A stretch of DNA of 64,000 bases from Candidatus Latescibacterota bacterium (GTDB lineage: Bacteria > Latescibacterota > UBA2968). A model generated the notes under the pieces. The model ran no database searches and was not told the DNA's origin. It worked only from the letters and a program-made list of their open reading frames with translations. How positions within the stretch are numbered: position 1 is the stretch's first letter; each line of letters opens with the position of its first letter. Made by a program: the position numbers and the translations under genes. The DNA lies in contig OZ220741.1 of assembly GCA_965116885.1 (NCBI GenBank), positions 608,001-672,000 on the forward strand, read 5' to 3'. Shown piece by piece: positions 48,461-59,213 of this stretch.

Positions 48461-50877
48461 ATCAGGAAGGATTACCCGACTACTGGGGTATTGAAACTTC
48501 TTTGACAAACTGCTTGCCATAGGCATCCACATTGTCATCAGGAAGGATTACCCGACTACTGGGGTATTGAAACATAACCCTTACCTTTCCTGTCTTGTGC
48601 TCCGTGGATATATCATCAGGAAGGATTACCCGACTACTGGGGTATTGAAACTTGGTCGCGCGCACGTATCCCTAAGGGCTTATTAAACACATCAGGAAGG
48701 ATTACCCGACTACTGGGGTATTGAAACTTGTTTGTGATGATCATATAGATGCGCTTGGCCTCTTCAAAATCAGGAAGGATTACCCGACTACTGGGGTATT
48801 GAAACAGGTCTGAGTTGACTTCTTTGAGCTGGTTTGTCATGTTTCGATCAGGAAGGATTACCCGACTACTGGGGTATTGAAACTCATACGTCTCAAGGAT
48901 ACCATGGTCACAGAAATATTCTGCCCATCAGGAAGGATTACCCGACTACTGGGGTATTGAAACTTTACTTGCGAAGTAGCCATTGCCAAATCTCCTTATG
49001 TGATCAGGAAGGATTACCCGACTACTGGGGTATTGAAACCGTTCAATCGAAACCTCATCATCATATCCGTACATTACCATCAGGAAGGATTACCTGACTA
49101 CTGGGGTATTGAAACAATTTTGCGTCTTGCAAGGTCTTGTATGTGCCTATCAATTCATCAGGAAGGATTACCCGACTACTGGGGTATTGAAACCAACGTC
49201 CCAAATTCGGTTTCTGATTTCCAGGCATCAGGAAGGATTACCCGACTACTGGGGTATTGAAACTAATTGGGAAAGTAATGACGATCTGGTGCATAGAAAC
49301 AATCAGGAAGGATTACCCGACTACTGGGGTATTGAAACTTAACGCGGCGTGTAAAAGGATTGTTCTTTTTTCGATTAGCCATTTTTATCAGGAAGGATTA
49401 CCCGACTAATGGGGTATTGAAACACAATAGCGATTGCCGCTTGCAACTCCTGTGCCGTGTATATCAGGAAGGATTACCCGACTAATGGGGTATTGAAACT
49501 CGTTATGGTTGGGCTGCTCCCGAATAGAGGCTTCCGCATCATGAAGGATTACCTGACTATTGGGGTATTGAAACATCATATGAGCGTACATCATCGGAAC
49601 CTGGGGCGGCGGATTGATCATGAAGGGTTACCCAACTACTGGGGTATTGAAACTTGTAGATTTTATCAAACCAGTTGCGCTGAGGATCCATCAATCAGGC
49701 AGGACTACCCGATTATTGAGGTATTGAAACCCGATTCACAGGTTCTTCCAATACGCTTCCGCACCGTGAACCAGGAAGGGTTACCTGCTTACTGGGGTAT
49801 TGAAACACATATGGACCACGGTCATTGACACGAACAATCACCGCTTATCAGGAAGAATTACTCGCCTATTGGGGTATTGAAACATCGCGTGAAGCGTGCC
49901 AAGGCCCACGCATCCGTCCATCAGGCAGGAGTACCCGATTACTGGGGTATTGAAACTCATTTTCTGTTTTCTCTTGAATGAAGTTACCATCGGACGTAAT
50001 CAGGAAGGACTATCTGCTTATTGGGATATTGAAACGTGCCGGTCATGACCATGCCTGCCAAGCAGACATGACATTCAGGAAGGATTACTCGCTTACTGGG
50101 GTATTGAAACTTATCAAGTGCGCTATCACAATCGTCGAACACAATCAAGATCAGGCAGGACTACCCGACTAATGGGGTATTGAAACGTGTACGACATCTC
50201 GCCAATCAGGTCGGGACCGATCAGCCGTCAGGCAGGACTACCCGATTACTGGGGTATTGAAACCCGTCAACACTCTTCTTGGCATACAGCGTTGCCATAC
50301 CTTGAATCAGGAAGGATTACCCGACTAATGGGGGATTGAAATCCAGGGTAGTTTTTGTGTTTCTCGATGTCCACACCAAATCAGGAAGGATTACCTGCTT
50401 ACTGGGGTATTGAAACGCCATTTCAATTGGGTACGTGTCAAACTTGATAAAACCCATCAGGAAGGATTACCCGACTAATGGGGTATTGAAACTTACCTCC
50501 GTGTGAAATTGGTATCGGTCTGTCTCGTCCCATCAGGAAGGATTACCCGACTAATGGGGTATTGAAACGCCTGTTGCGCTATGATTGCGTTCAGGGATTC
50601 GATCTTGTCAATCAGGAAGGATTACCCGACTAATGGGGTATTGAAACCGATCTACGCCGGGGCGAGAATTGATATTTGTCTGGATGAATCAGGAAGGATT
50701 ACCCGACTAATGGGGTATTGAAACTTGTCAAGTGCACGTTTCACGGTCATGTGTGAACATTGTATCAGGAAGGATTACCCGACTAATGGGGTATTGAAAC
50801 TTGACGGCATCGTACAACGCCTTCTGGATTGTGTCCAGATATCAGGAAGGATTACCCGACTAATGGGGTATTGGAAC
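48461..50877 (+). CRISPR. CRISPR array, 32 repeats and 31 spacers; 37-bp repeat ATCAGGAAGGATTACCCGACTA(C/A)TGGGGTATTGAAAC
   Basis: Counted by hand; spacers about 33-48 bp; 3' ATTGAAAC handle; last repeat ends ATTGGAAC. Confidence 0.98.
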
Positions 50878-51329
50878 GCGTGATATGACGGGGAAGCGGA
50901 GATATATGTTGAGGAGACAGAATGTTAACTCTAATACTAATCGGTTTTGCTATTGTCTGCTTTTATGCGTTGTTCTGGACGAGAGACAACAACGCAAAAG
51001 ATAATGATGACTTTATGGTTATACCAGAAAGGGAAAGAGACGACGATGATGAAATTCAAGATGACGGATACTGAGCAAAACCTTCTGGATCGCGGCTCAA
51101 CCATGTCCCTGCATGGTGTTGAGCAGGGAACCATGCCGCGATGACAACGCCCAACCAGCCCCCAATTATACCATTGTCGCATGGATAACAGGACCGAGAT
51201 GGAGATAAGTTGACGACAGACCAAAAAATCGCTTTTTTTCACGCTTGATTGCGCCTCCGTGGAATAGAGCCAGAATTTAACAACCCGTTGATGGAGCGTA
51301 TCAGCGGGGAATTTTTTATGAGAAATCGC

Positions 51330-52445
51330 ATGAAATCTATCGTCGCGCACAGTGCCAACCCCTATTTGCCAGCCACTGCCACCTGGATATACGACCAGAT
51401 TCGCGCACTGAAACGGTATCGCCCCATCGTCCTCACACAAACGCGCCAGAACCTGGACCGCTTTCCCACAGAAACCGTCTTATCCGCCGAAGATATCTCG
51501 TCCATTCGCAGAACAACCCTGCGCCTCATTCGCAAAATGCGCGGCACGTACGCCGGCTATGAAAACTGGCTGCGCGAACACAACGCCGCCCTCATCCACG
51601 CGCACTTTGGACAAGAGGGATACCGATGTCTCTCCGCAAAACAGCGCGCGGGCATCCCCCTCATCACCACCTTTTACGGCCTGGACATATCGGCACTTCC
51701 CCGGCAAAAAAAATGGCAAAAACGATACAAACGACTCTTTGCCGAAGGCGACCTCTTCCTGGTTGAAGGACCCTTCATGGGCGAACAACTCATCGCACTG
51801 GGATGTCCGGCCAACCGGGTAATCGTACAACACCTGGGCGTAGATCTCGACAAAATACCCTTCAGAACAGACCCCACACCCAAACAACCCATCGTATTGA
51901 CATACAGCGTATTTCGAGAAAAAAAGGGATTGAAATACGCAATCCAGGCTTATGCAAAAATAGCGAAAAAATACCCGGACGCCCAACTGCGGATGATCGG
52001 CGACGGACCTTTGCGTCCACACCTACAAGCCGAAATACGAAATCTACACCTTGAAAACCGCGTCAAAATGCTCGGCCTGCTTCCCCATCCCACCGCACTT
52101 GAAGAACTAAAACGCGCGACAATCCTCCTCTATCCCAGCGTCACAGCATCAGATGGCGACACCGAAGGCGGCGCACCCGTCGCGCTCATCGAAGCCATGG
52201 CAATGGGCGTCCCCATTGTATCGTCCCTACACGCCGACATTCCCGAAGTCGTAATCGACAAAACCTGTGGCCTATTATATCCCGAACGAGATGTCGCGGG
52301 CCTCGCTGAGGGACTGGACACCCTCCTCAGTTCCCCCGAACAATTTGGCCGCGCTGGCCGTGCCCATGTCGAAAAACAGCACAACCTGGAGAGACAAGCC
52401 GAAAAATTAGAGGTGATTTATGATAGGGTCCTGAAAAAAACATAA
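51330..52445 (+). CDS. Glycosyltransferase family 4
   Basis: IHAHFG, TTFYGLD, HLGVD, EKKG, DGDTEGGAPVALIEAMAMG. Confidence 0.9.
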   Translation: MKSIVAHSANPYLPATATWIYDQIRALKRYRPIVLTQTRQNLDRFPTETVLSAEDISSIRRTTLRLIRKMRGTYAGYENWLREHNAALIHAHFGQEGYRCLSAKQRAGIPLITTFYGLDISALPRQKKWQKRYKRLFAEGDLFLVEGPFMGEQLIALGCPANRVIVQHLGVDLDKIPFRTDPTPKQPIVLTYSVFREKKGLKYAIQAYAKIAKKYPDAQLRMIGDGPLRPHLQAEIRNLHLENRVKMLGLLPHPTALEELKRATILLYPSVTASDGDTEGGAPVALIEAMAMGVPIVSSLHADIPEVVIDKTCGLLYPERDVAGLAEGLDTLLSSPEQFGRAGRAHVEKQHNLERQAEKLEVIYDRVLKKT

Positions 52446-52645
52446 AGAGCGGGACGGCACAGGGGCCGTCCCCTACAACAACACCTTCTGGATCGCGGCT
52501 TTAAGCATGCCGCGATGACGATTACGACCCTATATAGACTCGCTCAGTAATGGATAACCTGCACCAATGGTTATCCTTGACATCCGTGACTATTGACACA
52601 ATTTATGGCAGTGTCATTTCCCGCGTACTTAAACCGGAGACAAAA

Positions 52646-54019
52646 ATGCCTGAACACCCCAACCTCGTATTTATATTCCCCGATGAATATCGCAGACAGG
52701 CCATGGGATTCATGAACGAAGACCCCGTCATAACGCCCAACATCGACCGATTTGCGTCTGAAAGCCTCGTATTAACCGACGCCGTAAGCACCAGACCCGT
52801 ATGCAGCCCATATCGGGCAATGCTCTTCACCGGACAATATCCCCACGCCAATGGCGTACTCAGCAACGTCAACTCCACCACGGTACAATACGAAAACTAC
52901 CTGCGAGAAAACGCACGGTGCTTCTCAGACGTATTGCACGACGCTGGCTACAACCAGGCGTACCTGGGCAAACTACACCTCGATCCCCCCAACGAGCAAT
53001 ACGAATACACCGAAGGACCGAGAGGAAATGGCGTCATCTGGGACTCATACACCCCACCGGGACCGCGCAGACACGGATATGACTTCTGGTATTCCTACGG
53101 CTGTTGCGACTGGCACTTCAACCCCCACTATTGGACCGGCAATGACCCCATTGAAAAGCGCATTGAACCGCGGGAATGGTCTCCCAAACACGAAACCGAC
53201 ATCGCAATAAACTACATCCGCAACAAAGGTGGCAAATACAGAGATCCCAAAAAACCATTCTCACTCGTCATATCCCACAACCCACCGCACATGCCATTCA
53301 AACAAGTACCGGAAAAATACGTCGCCCAATACGGCGACGTCACCCATGAAGACCTCTTGACGCGCCCCAACGTACCCACAGATGAACGCGGCGACAGCGC
53401 CCGCGAAAACGCGAAACACTACTTCGCCATGGTAACCGGCGTCGATGAAAACTTCGGACGCATCCTGGACTGTTTAAAAACAGAGGGCCTGGAAGAAAAC
53501 ACCATCGTAGTCTTCACCTCTGACCACGGTGAAATGATGGGCAGCCACGGCCGCATAGGCAAAACCGTACACTACGAAGAATCCTTCACCGTCCCATTTA
53601 TCATCCGCTGGCCCGGAAAAATCACACCCGGCACAGATGACCTGTTAATCGGCACACCCGACTTGATGCCCACATTGCTCAACCTCATGGGCGTGGGACA
53701 GGTCCCCGACAGCGTCCAGGGAACGGATTACTCCGACATCCTCCTCGGCAAAGAAAGCACGCGCCCGACCTCTGCACTCTACCTCAACGTAATGCCCAAC
53801 GACCCTGCGGGCGGATCGCGCGGCGTGCGCACACACCGACACACGTATGTGATCACGCGAACGCCCGAAGGCGAAGAAATAATCCTCCACGACAACATCG
53901 CGGACCCCTATCAACTCCAAAACATCGCTGGCGATCATCCCGGCCTTGAAGCAGAACTTGAAAAAGAAATGAACAACTGGTTGGCAAAAACCGGCGACCC
54001 ATGGTTAATCCAACAATAA
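52646..54019 (+). CDS. Sulfatase
   Basis: PNLVFIFPDEYR, CSPYR, GKLHLD, FTSDHG. Confidence 0.93.
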   Translation: MPEHPNLVFIFPDEYRRQAMGFMNEDPVITPNIDRFASESLVLTDAVSTRPVCSPYRAMLFTGQYPHANGVLSNVNSTTVQYENYLRENARCFSDVLHDAGYNQAYLGKLHLDPPNEQYEYTEGPRGNGVIWDSYTPPGPRRHGYDFWYSYGCCDWHFNPHYWTGNDPIEKRIEPREWSPKHETDIAINYIRNKGGKYRDPKKPFSLVISHNPPHMPFKQVPEKYVAQYGDVTHEDLLTRPNVPTDERGDSARENAKHYFAMVTGVDENFGRILDCLKTEGLEENTIVVFTSDHGEMMGSHGRIGKTVHYEESFTVPFIIRWPGKITPGTDDLLIGTPDLMPTLLNLMGVGQVPDSVQGTDYSDILLGKESTRPTSALYLNVMPNDPAGGSRGVRTHRHTYVITRTPEGEEIILHDNIADPYQLQNIAGDHPGLEAELEKEMNNWLAKTGDPWLIQQ

Positions 54020-54029
54020 GGAGCAATAA

Positions 54030-55340
54030 ATGCCAGACACCCCAAACCTCCTCGTCATACACACCGACGAACAAAGCTGCTGGACATTGAGCGCATACAA
54101 CGGAACACTCGTCGAAACGCCCCACATCGACTCCCTTGCAAACGAAGGCGCGATCTTGACCAACTTCATGGTCAACGTCGCCGTATGCACCCCATCCCGG
54201 GGCGTATTCCTCACCGGACGCTACGAACATGTACACGGCGCGTACCGCAACAACATCCCTCTCAACCGCGATGAAATCACATTTGCTCAAGCACTAAAAG
54301 ACCGCGGATACGACACCGGATACGCGGGCAAATGGCACCTGGACGGCCCCCCGCGCCCCGGCTGGGTACACCCCGAACGCACAATGGGCTTTGACGACGC
54401 CCAATACATGTTCAACCGCGGACACTGGAAAAAAATCGAAGACGTCAATATGGGCGATGTACAACCCACAGTGTTTAACTACAGAACCATGGGCGACGAA
54501 AAAACGTATCCAACCGACTGGCTAACCGAAAAAACCAACGAATTTATGACGCGAGATCGAGAAAACCCATTTTGTTTCATGCTCAGCATACCCGATCCCC
54601 ATCCGCCATTTACCGTGCGCCCACCCTACGACACCATGTACAACCCCGCAGACATGCCATTGCCCGACACGCGCAACGAAGAAAATCAGCCCAGTTGGGT
54701 ACCCAAAAAACAGGCTCCAAAAGACGAAATCCTGCGCAAACACATGGCCCAATACTGCGGCATGGTCAAAGTCATCGACGACTGCGTGGGCAGAATGCTC
54801 GATGCGCTACGCGAAAAAGGGATCTTAGACAACACAATAGTCGTATTCACCTCCGACCACGGCGAATACCTCGGCGAACACGGATTAATGGGCAAAAATC
54901 AACTCTATGAAACGGCTTATCGCGTCCCCATGTTAATCCGCTGGCCCGAAAAAATCGCTGCAGGAACGCGAATAGATCGCCTGGTCGGATCCGTCGATTT
55001 TATGCCCACCATCTTGACCCTCATGGGATTTGAACCCTGTGGCCGAGAACACGGGCGAGATGCATCTGCACTCTTATGCGGCGAAGAAATCGAATGGGAC
55101 GACATCTGTTATATCCACCACGACCCAAACAGAGCCGGCGTATTCACCCCCAATTACGAACTGGCTTATGTAAAGGACCACGACGCCATACTCTTTGATC
55201 GCCAAAACGATCCCGACCAGGTGAACAACCTGTTTGATGCCCCCGAACACCGGGAAATGATCGCAACCATGACCGCCGACCTCGCTGCGCATCACGCATC
55301 GGTCAACTCGCCATCAGCAGAATGGTTGCGGGAGCTATAA
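54030..55340 (+). CDS. Sulfatase
   Basis: PNLLVIHTDEQ, CTPSR, GKWHLD, FTSDHG. Confidence 0.93.
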   Translation: MPDTPNLLVIHTDEQSCWTLSAYNGTLVETPHIDSLANEGAILTNFMVNVAVCTPSRGVFLTGRYEHVHGAYRNNIPLNRDEITFAQALKDRGYDTGYAGKWHLDGPPRPGWVHPERTMGFDDAQYMFNRGHWKKIEDVNMGDVQPTVFNYRTMGDEKTYPTDWLTEKTNEFMTRDRENPFCFMLSIPDPHPPFTVRPPYDTMYNPADMPLPDTRNEENQPSWVPKKQAPKDEILRKHMAQYCGMVKVIDDCVGRMLDALREKGILDNTIVVFTSDHGEYLGEHGLMGKNQLYETAYRVPMLIRWPEKIAAGTRIDRLVGSVDFMPTILTLMGFEPCGREHGRDASALLCGEEIEWDDICYIHHDPNRAGVFTPNYELAYVKDHDAILFDRQNDPDQVNNLFDAPEHREMIATMTADLAAHHASVNSPSAEWLREL

Positions 55341-55351
55341 TAGGAGGATCT

Positions 55352-55831
55352 ATGGCATTTGATTCACGGCTACAACGAGATATAATGGGGCGGTTTGCAA
55401 CCGGCGTAACCGTCGTCACCACGCGATACAAAAACGGCGACATAACCGGCATGACAGCCAATGCCGTCATGTCTTTGTCGCTGGACCCACCGCTCGTCGT
55501 GGTATCGGTCGATAAATCGGCGACCATGCACAGCGCCTTATCGGATGGACAGTGCTATGCAATCAACATCCTCACCCGAGAGCAAGAGCATCTTTCCAAC
55601 CGATTTGCCATGCCGGGACCAAAGGACTTTTCCGATCTAACATTGCGCGAAAGCAAAACAGGTGCGCCGATTTTGGAGGGAACACTGGGATATCTCGACT
55701 GCAAGATAGTGAACATCTTGCCAGCAGGCGACCACGACATGTTTGTAGGAGAAATACTGGCGGGAGAATTGGGAGAGGGGAACCCGTTGCTCTATTATGG
55801 AGGGAAGTATCGAAGTCTGGCAGAAGAATAA
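55352..55831 (+). CDS. Flavin reductase family protein
   Basis: MGRFATGVTVVTT, SLSLDPPLV, AGDH. Confidence 0.92.
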   Translation: MAFDSRLQRDIMGRFATGVTVVTTRYKNGDITGMTANAVMSLSLDPPLVVVSVDKSATMHSALSDGQCYAINILTREQEHLSNRFAMPGPKDFSDLTLRESKTGAPILEGTLGYLDCKIVNILPAGDHDMFVGEILAGELGEGNPLLYYGGKYRSLAEE

Positions 55832-55833
55832 GC

Positions 55834-57549
55834 TCAGGTATGAACATACATATCCAAAAACCGCTTTTCCCCTTCTGAACTGCCAATAAGGAGAATCTCC
55901 GCTGCTCTTGGCAGAGGTTCATTGGGATCGGGATTGAGCTGCATTTCGTGGTTATCATTAAGTGCGATAATCGTGCATCCCGTATTCCTGCGAATAGCTG
56001 AATTTGCAATCGTCTTTCCAACAAGTGAAGAGGGCATTTTCATTCTAAACACACTGATATCCTCACTAAACACGCTCAGACTCTCTGCCACCATCAGAGT
56101 ATCACTGCGCTTTAAGAAATTGAAAATCGCATCTGCGCCCATCGACGCATAAGACATGACAAAATCCGCGCCCGCGCGGTGCAGAGTCGCGATATTTCTC
56201 TCTTGCGTAACGCGGCTGATAATCTGAATTTCCGGATTTAATCGCCGGCAATAAACCGTGAGATAAACATTGATATCATCATCGTGCGTCGTAATAATAA
56301 CCGTCAACGCATCCAGAATCTCGGCGCTTTTCAAAACCTCAAAATCCGCGGCATTACCCACAATGCAATTATCGAGCCTCTGAGCTTGCTCGGGATCTTT
56401 TTCCACAATCCGATAGTCAATACCCTGTTCCACAAGCGTGCGCGCAGCCTCCATGCCAACACCACCACCACCAATAATCACAACGGGAGCATTTGAAACT
56501 TTGTAGATACAGAACAACTCGTTAAATCTATCCAACTGACTCTGCGTCCCCGTCATCACCAGCACCGTGTGGGGACCGATACGGGTATCGGGCAATGCCG
56601 ATTGAAAAATACCGCGTTCCCAAACGCCGACCGCCGTCAGACCCAGTTCTCTACGCAGGCCAATCTCCTCGAGCGTTTTACCCACAAGAGGCGTATGGGC
56701 CGCCGTGGTCTCGGCAATAAACAAATCGTCGTACTGGCCAATCACATGCGCTGCGGTCTCTCCGCTCTGGGTGCGTCGCGCAAGAGATGCGCCCAGCATT
56801 TTTTCGAGTTGAAGCACATGGTCGCATCCCGCTAATTCGAGAATATCCACGGAATCGGAATCATCCACCTTGGCGATAATCGGCACAGTGGGATTGAGAT
56901 CGCGCACAGTAAATGCAATATGGGTATTAATCGGATCGGTATCTGTTGCCGCAACAAGCGCCGCTTGTTCAATCTGCATTTTTTTGTATGTTTCAGGATT
57001 GTCCAAATCCCCAACCACAACATTGATACCCTGATCGTAAAGTTGCTGTGCGTGCGCCAAATCTGGCGTGATGAGATAGTAGGAATATTGGTAGCGATCC
57101 AGCTTATGGATAAGCGCTTGTGCAATGGGGTCATAGTTGGTCAACAAAACATGCTCTCGCGTACTGCGGGGCAACTGACGCGGCGCGCGGGCTTCGGATT
57201 GGGCTTGAATCCACGGCGCATAAAAAAACTGAATAAAAGTAAACGGCAAAACAATGAGCAAAAAAACCATACCCGTCAGCAAAACCACCATAGAGAATAA
57301 ACGCCCCAAATCTCCCTGGAAAGTAATATCGCCAAAACCCAATGTTGACATAACCGTAAGCGTCCAATAAAAACCCGTAAACCAGCTAAACTCCTGGCCC
57401 TCTCTCAGCATAATCAGATGAAAAAGAACGCTAAAAATTGTGACAATCACAGAAAAGGCCAGCAGCAATTTGAACAGCACACCGAGATTTCGCCGAGCTG
57501 TGCGCTTTCCCAATAAAAAGGCGAGTTGTGGGGCAAGGCCTTTGAGCAT
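55834..57549 (-). CDS. Potassium channel with tandem TrkA-N/TrkA-C (RCK) domains
   Basis: YWTLTVMSTLGFGDI selectivity filter, two TM helices, GGGGVG, repeated RCK domains. Confidence 0.9.
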   Translation of the reverse strand: MLKGLAPQLAFLLGKRTARRNLGVLFKLLLAFSVIVTIFSVLFHLIMLREGQEFSWFTGFYWTLTVMSTLGFGDITFQGDLGRLFSMVVLLTGMVFLLIVLPFTFIQFFYAPWIQAQSEARAPRQLPRSTREHVLLTNYDPIAQALIHKLDRYQYSYYLITPDLAHAQQLYDQGINVVVGDLDNPETYKKMQIEQAALVAATDTDPINTHIAFTVRDLNPTVPIIAKVDDSDSVDILELAGCDHVLQLEKMLGASLARRTQSGETAAHVIGQYDDLFIAETTAAHTPLVGKTLEEIGLRRELGLTAVGVWERGIFQSALPDTRIGPHTVLVMTGTQSQLDRFNELFCIYKVSNAPVVIIGGGGVGMEAARTLVEQGIDYRIVEKDPEQAQRLDNCIVGNAADFEVLKSAEILDALTVIITTHDDDINVYLTVYCRRLNPEIQIISRVTQERNIATLHRAGADFVMSYASMGADAIFNFLKRSDTLMVAESLSVFSEDISVFRMKMPSSLVGKTIANSAIRRNTGCTIIALNDNHEMQLNPDPNEPLPRAAEILLIGSSEGEKRFLDMYVHT

Positions 57550-57703
57550 ATCGGTTATTCCTGAAAAAGGGACTGGGATCTGACCGCTGGGCGAGGCAGG
57601 CCTCGCCCCTACATCCACACCAACCACTAACTATTTGTTTTTCAAAAATAGGCTATCGCAACAGTTGTGTCAATTTGGTTCTCAGAACAGAAAGGAACTC
57701 GAA

Positions 57704-59131
57704 ATGCCATCCAGATGCAATATCCTGCTCATAATCTCAGAAGACAACGGGCAGCATATCGGTTGTTATGGCGACCCTTATGCACAAACGCCGCACATAG
57801 ATAAACTCGCCTCTGAAGGCGTGCGATTTGAAAACATGTATGCGACACAGGCCGTATGCAGCCCTGGCCGGGCGAGTATTCTAACCGGATTATATCCACA
57901 CCAGAATGGTCAGTTCGGATTGGCAACCCATAAGTATGCATTGTACGATGCATTTCCCAACATGCCTCGCCTATTAAAAAACGAAGGATACAGAACCGGG
58001 CTAATCGGCAAATTGCACATCAATCCCGAAGACGCCTTTCCCTACGACCTGCGGTGGAATCCGAAAGAATTTATCAGCTTTGCCAACCGCGACGTACGCA
58101 AAATGGCCGAAGTAGCAGGTGAATTCATGAAATCATCGGACGAGCCGTTCTTTTTGCAAATCAGTTTTCCCGACGCACACCTGCCATTCCACCGCCAACA
58201 ATTCGGCGTACCAGAACAACCACAGGAAGGCAAAGACGTCGAAACGCTCCCATTTGTCGGCATTGATACCCCTCGCCTCCGAGAAGAAACCGCAGACTAC
58301 TACAACTGCATGTCCAGATTGGATACCGGCATAGGACTGGTTCTACAACAACTGAACGCCCTGGGAAAAACCGAAAATACACTCGTAATTTTTACCACCG
58401 ATCACGGCGCCCAGTTTTCACGGGGAAAAACATCGATCTACGAGGGCGGATTGCGCATACCGCTAATCGTGCGATGCCCCGGCATCGGTCTTGAAGGTCA
58501 CACACGCGATGAATTGGTATCACAAATCGACATCTTGCCAACTGTAACAGATATTTTGGGAATAGCGTGCCCCGCTGTAGCAGGCGCATCCTTTGCCCCC
58601 CTGTTAAAAGGACAAAAAACTGAATGGCGGACTCATTTATACGCCGAATGGGGAAGCGGTGGCGTCGTCACGTATTTCCCACAGCGCTGTGTGCGAGATG
58701 GCCGATACAAACTCATCGCCAACCTCCTCCAGGACCGCCCAAGCCCGAGCGCACAGGGATATTCGGACAGAAACCAAAAATGGACATCTGGCGCAACACA
58801 AGAAGAAATTGCCGATTCCGACAAGCGCATTCGGGCAGCTTACGAACTCTACGAACAACCACCCGAATACGAAGTCTATGACCTGCAAAACGACCCCTGG
58901 GAATTTGAAAATCTATCCCATAATCCGGCATACCGCGACGTATTACAGGCATTAAAAAATCGCCTTGAGACCTGGCAAAAAGAAACCGACGACGCCCTGA
59001 GACATCCCGAAAACCTGCATCGCCTCACTCAAAAACACGACGAAATCCTGGAAAAATACTACGCGGAAAGCATATGGGGCAGTTCTCGAGATTACGAATG
59101 GGACTACACCGAATACCTCTACGAACGTTAA
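57704..59131 (+). CDS. Sulfatase (sulfamidase-like)
   Basis: NILLIISEDNG, CSPGR, GKLH, DAHLPF, FTTDHG. Confidence 0.9.
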   Translation: MPSRCNILLIISEDNGQHIGCYGDPYAQTPHIDKLASEGVRFENMYATQAVCSPGRASILTGLYPHQNGQFGLATHKYALYDAFPNMPRLLKNEGYRTGLIGKLHINPEDAFPYDLRWNPKEFISFANRDVRKMAEVAGEFMKSSDEPFFLQISFPDAHLPFHRQQFGVPEQPQEGKDVETLPFVGIDTPRLREETADYYNCMSRLDTGIGLVLQQLNALGKTENTLVIFTTDHGAQFSRGKTSIYEGGLRIPLIVRCPGIGLEGHTRDELVSQIDILPTVTDILGIACPAVAGASFAPLLKGQKTEWRTHLYAEWGSGGVVTYFPQRCVRDGRYKLIANLLQDRPSPSAQGYSDRNQKWTSGATQEEIADSDKRIRAAYELYEQPPEYEVYDLQNDPWEFENLSHNPAYRDVLQALKNRLETWQKETDDALRHPENLHRLTQKHDEILEKYYAESIWGSSRDYEWDYTEYLYER

Positions 59132-59213
59132 GGAGAAAACATGGCAAAAACCTATCCGCAGATGGACGCAGATGGACGCAGATAAAAAATTCTATGAATA
59201 TTAAGGGGAAATC

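Noticed and set aside
48238..50172. ORFs across the leader and CRISPR array
   Set aside because: They are translations of repeats and spacers.
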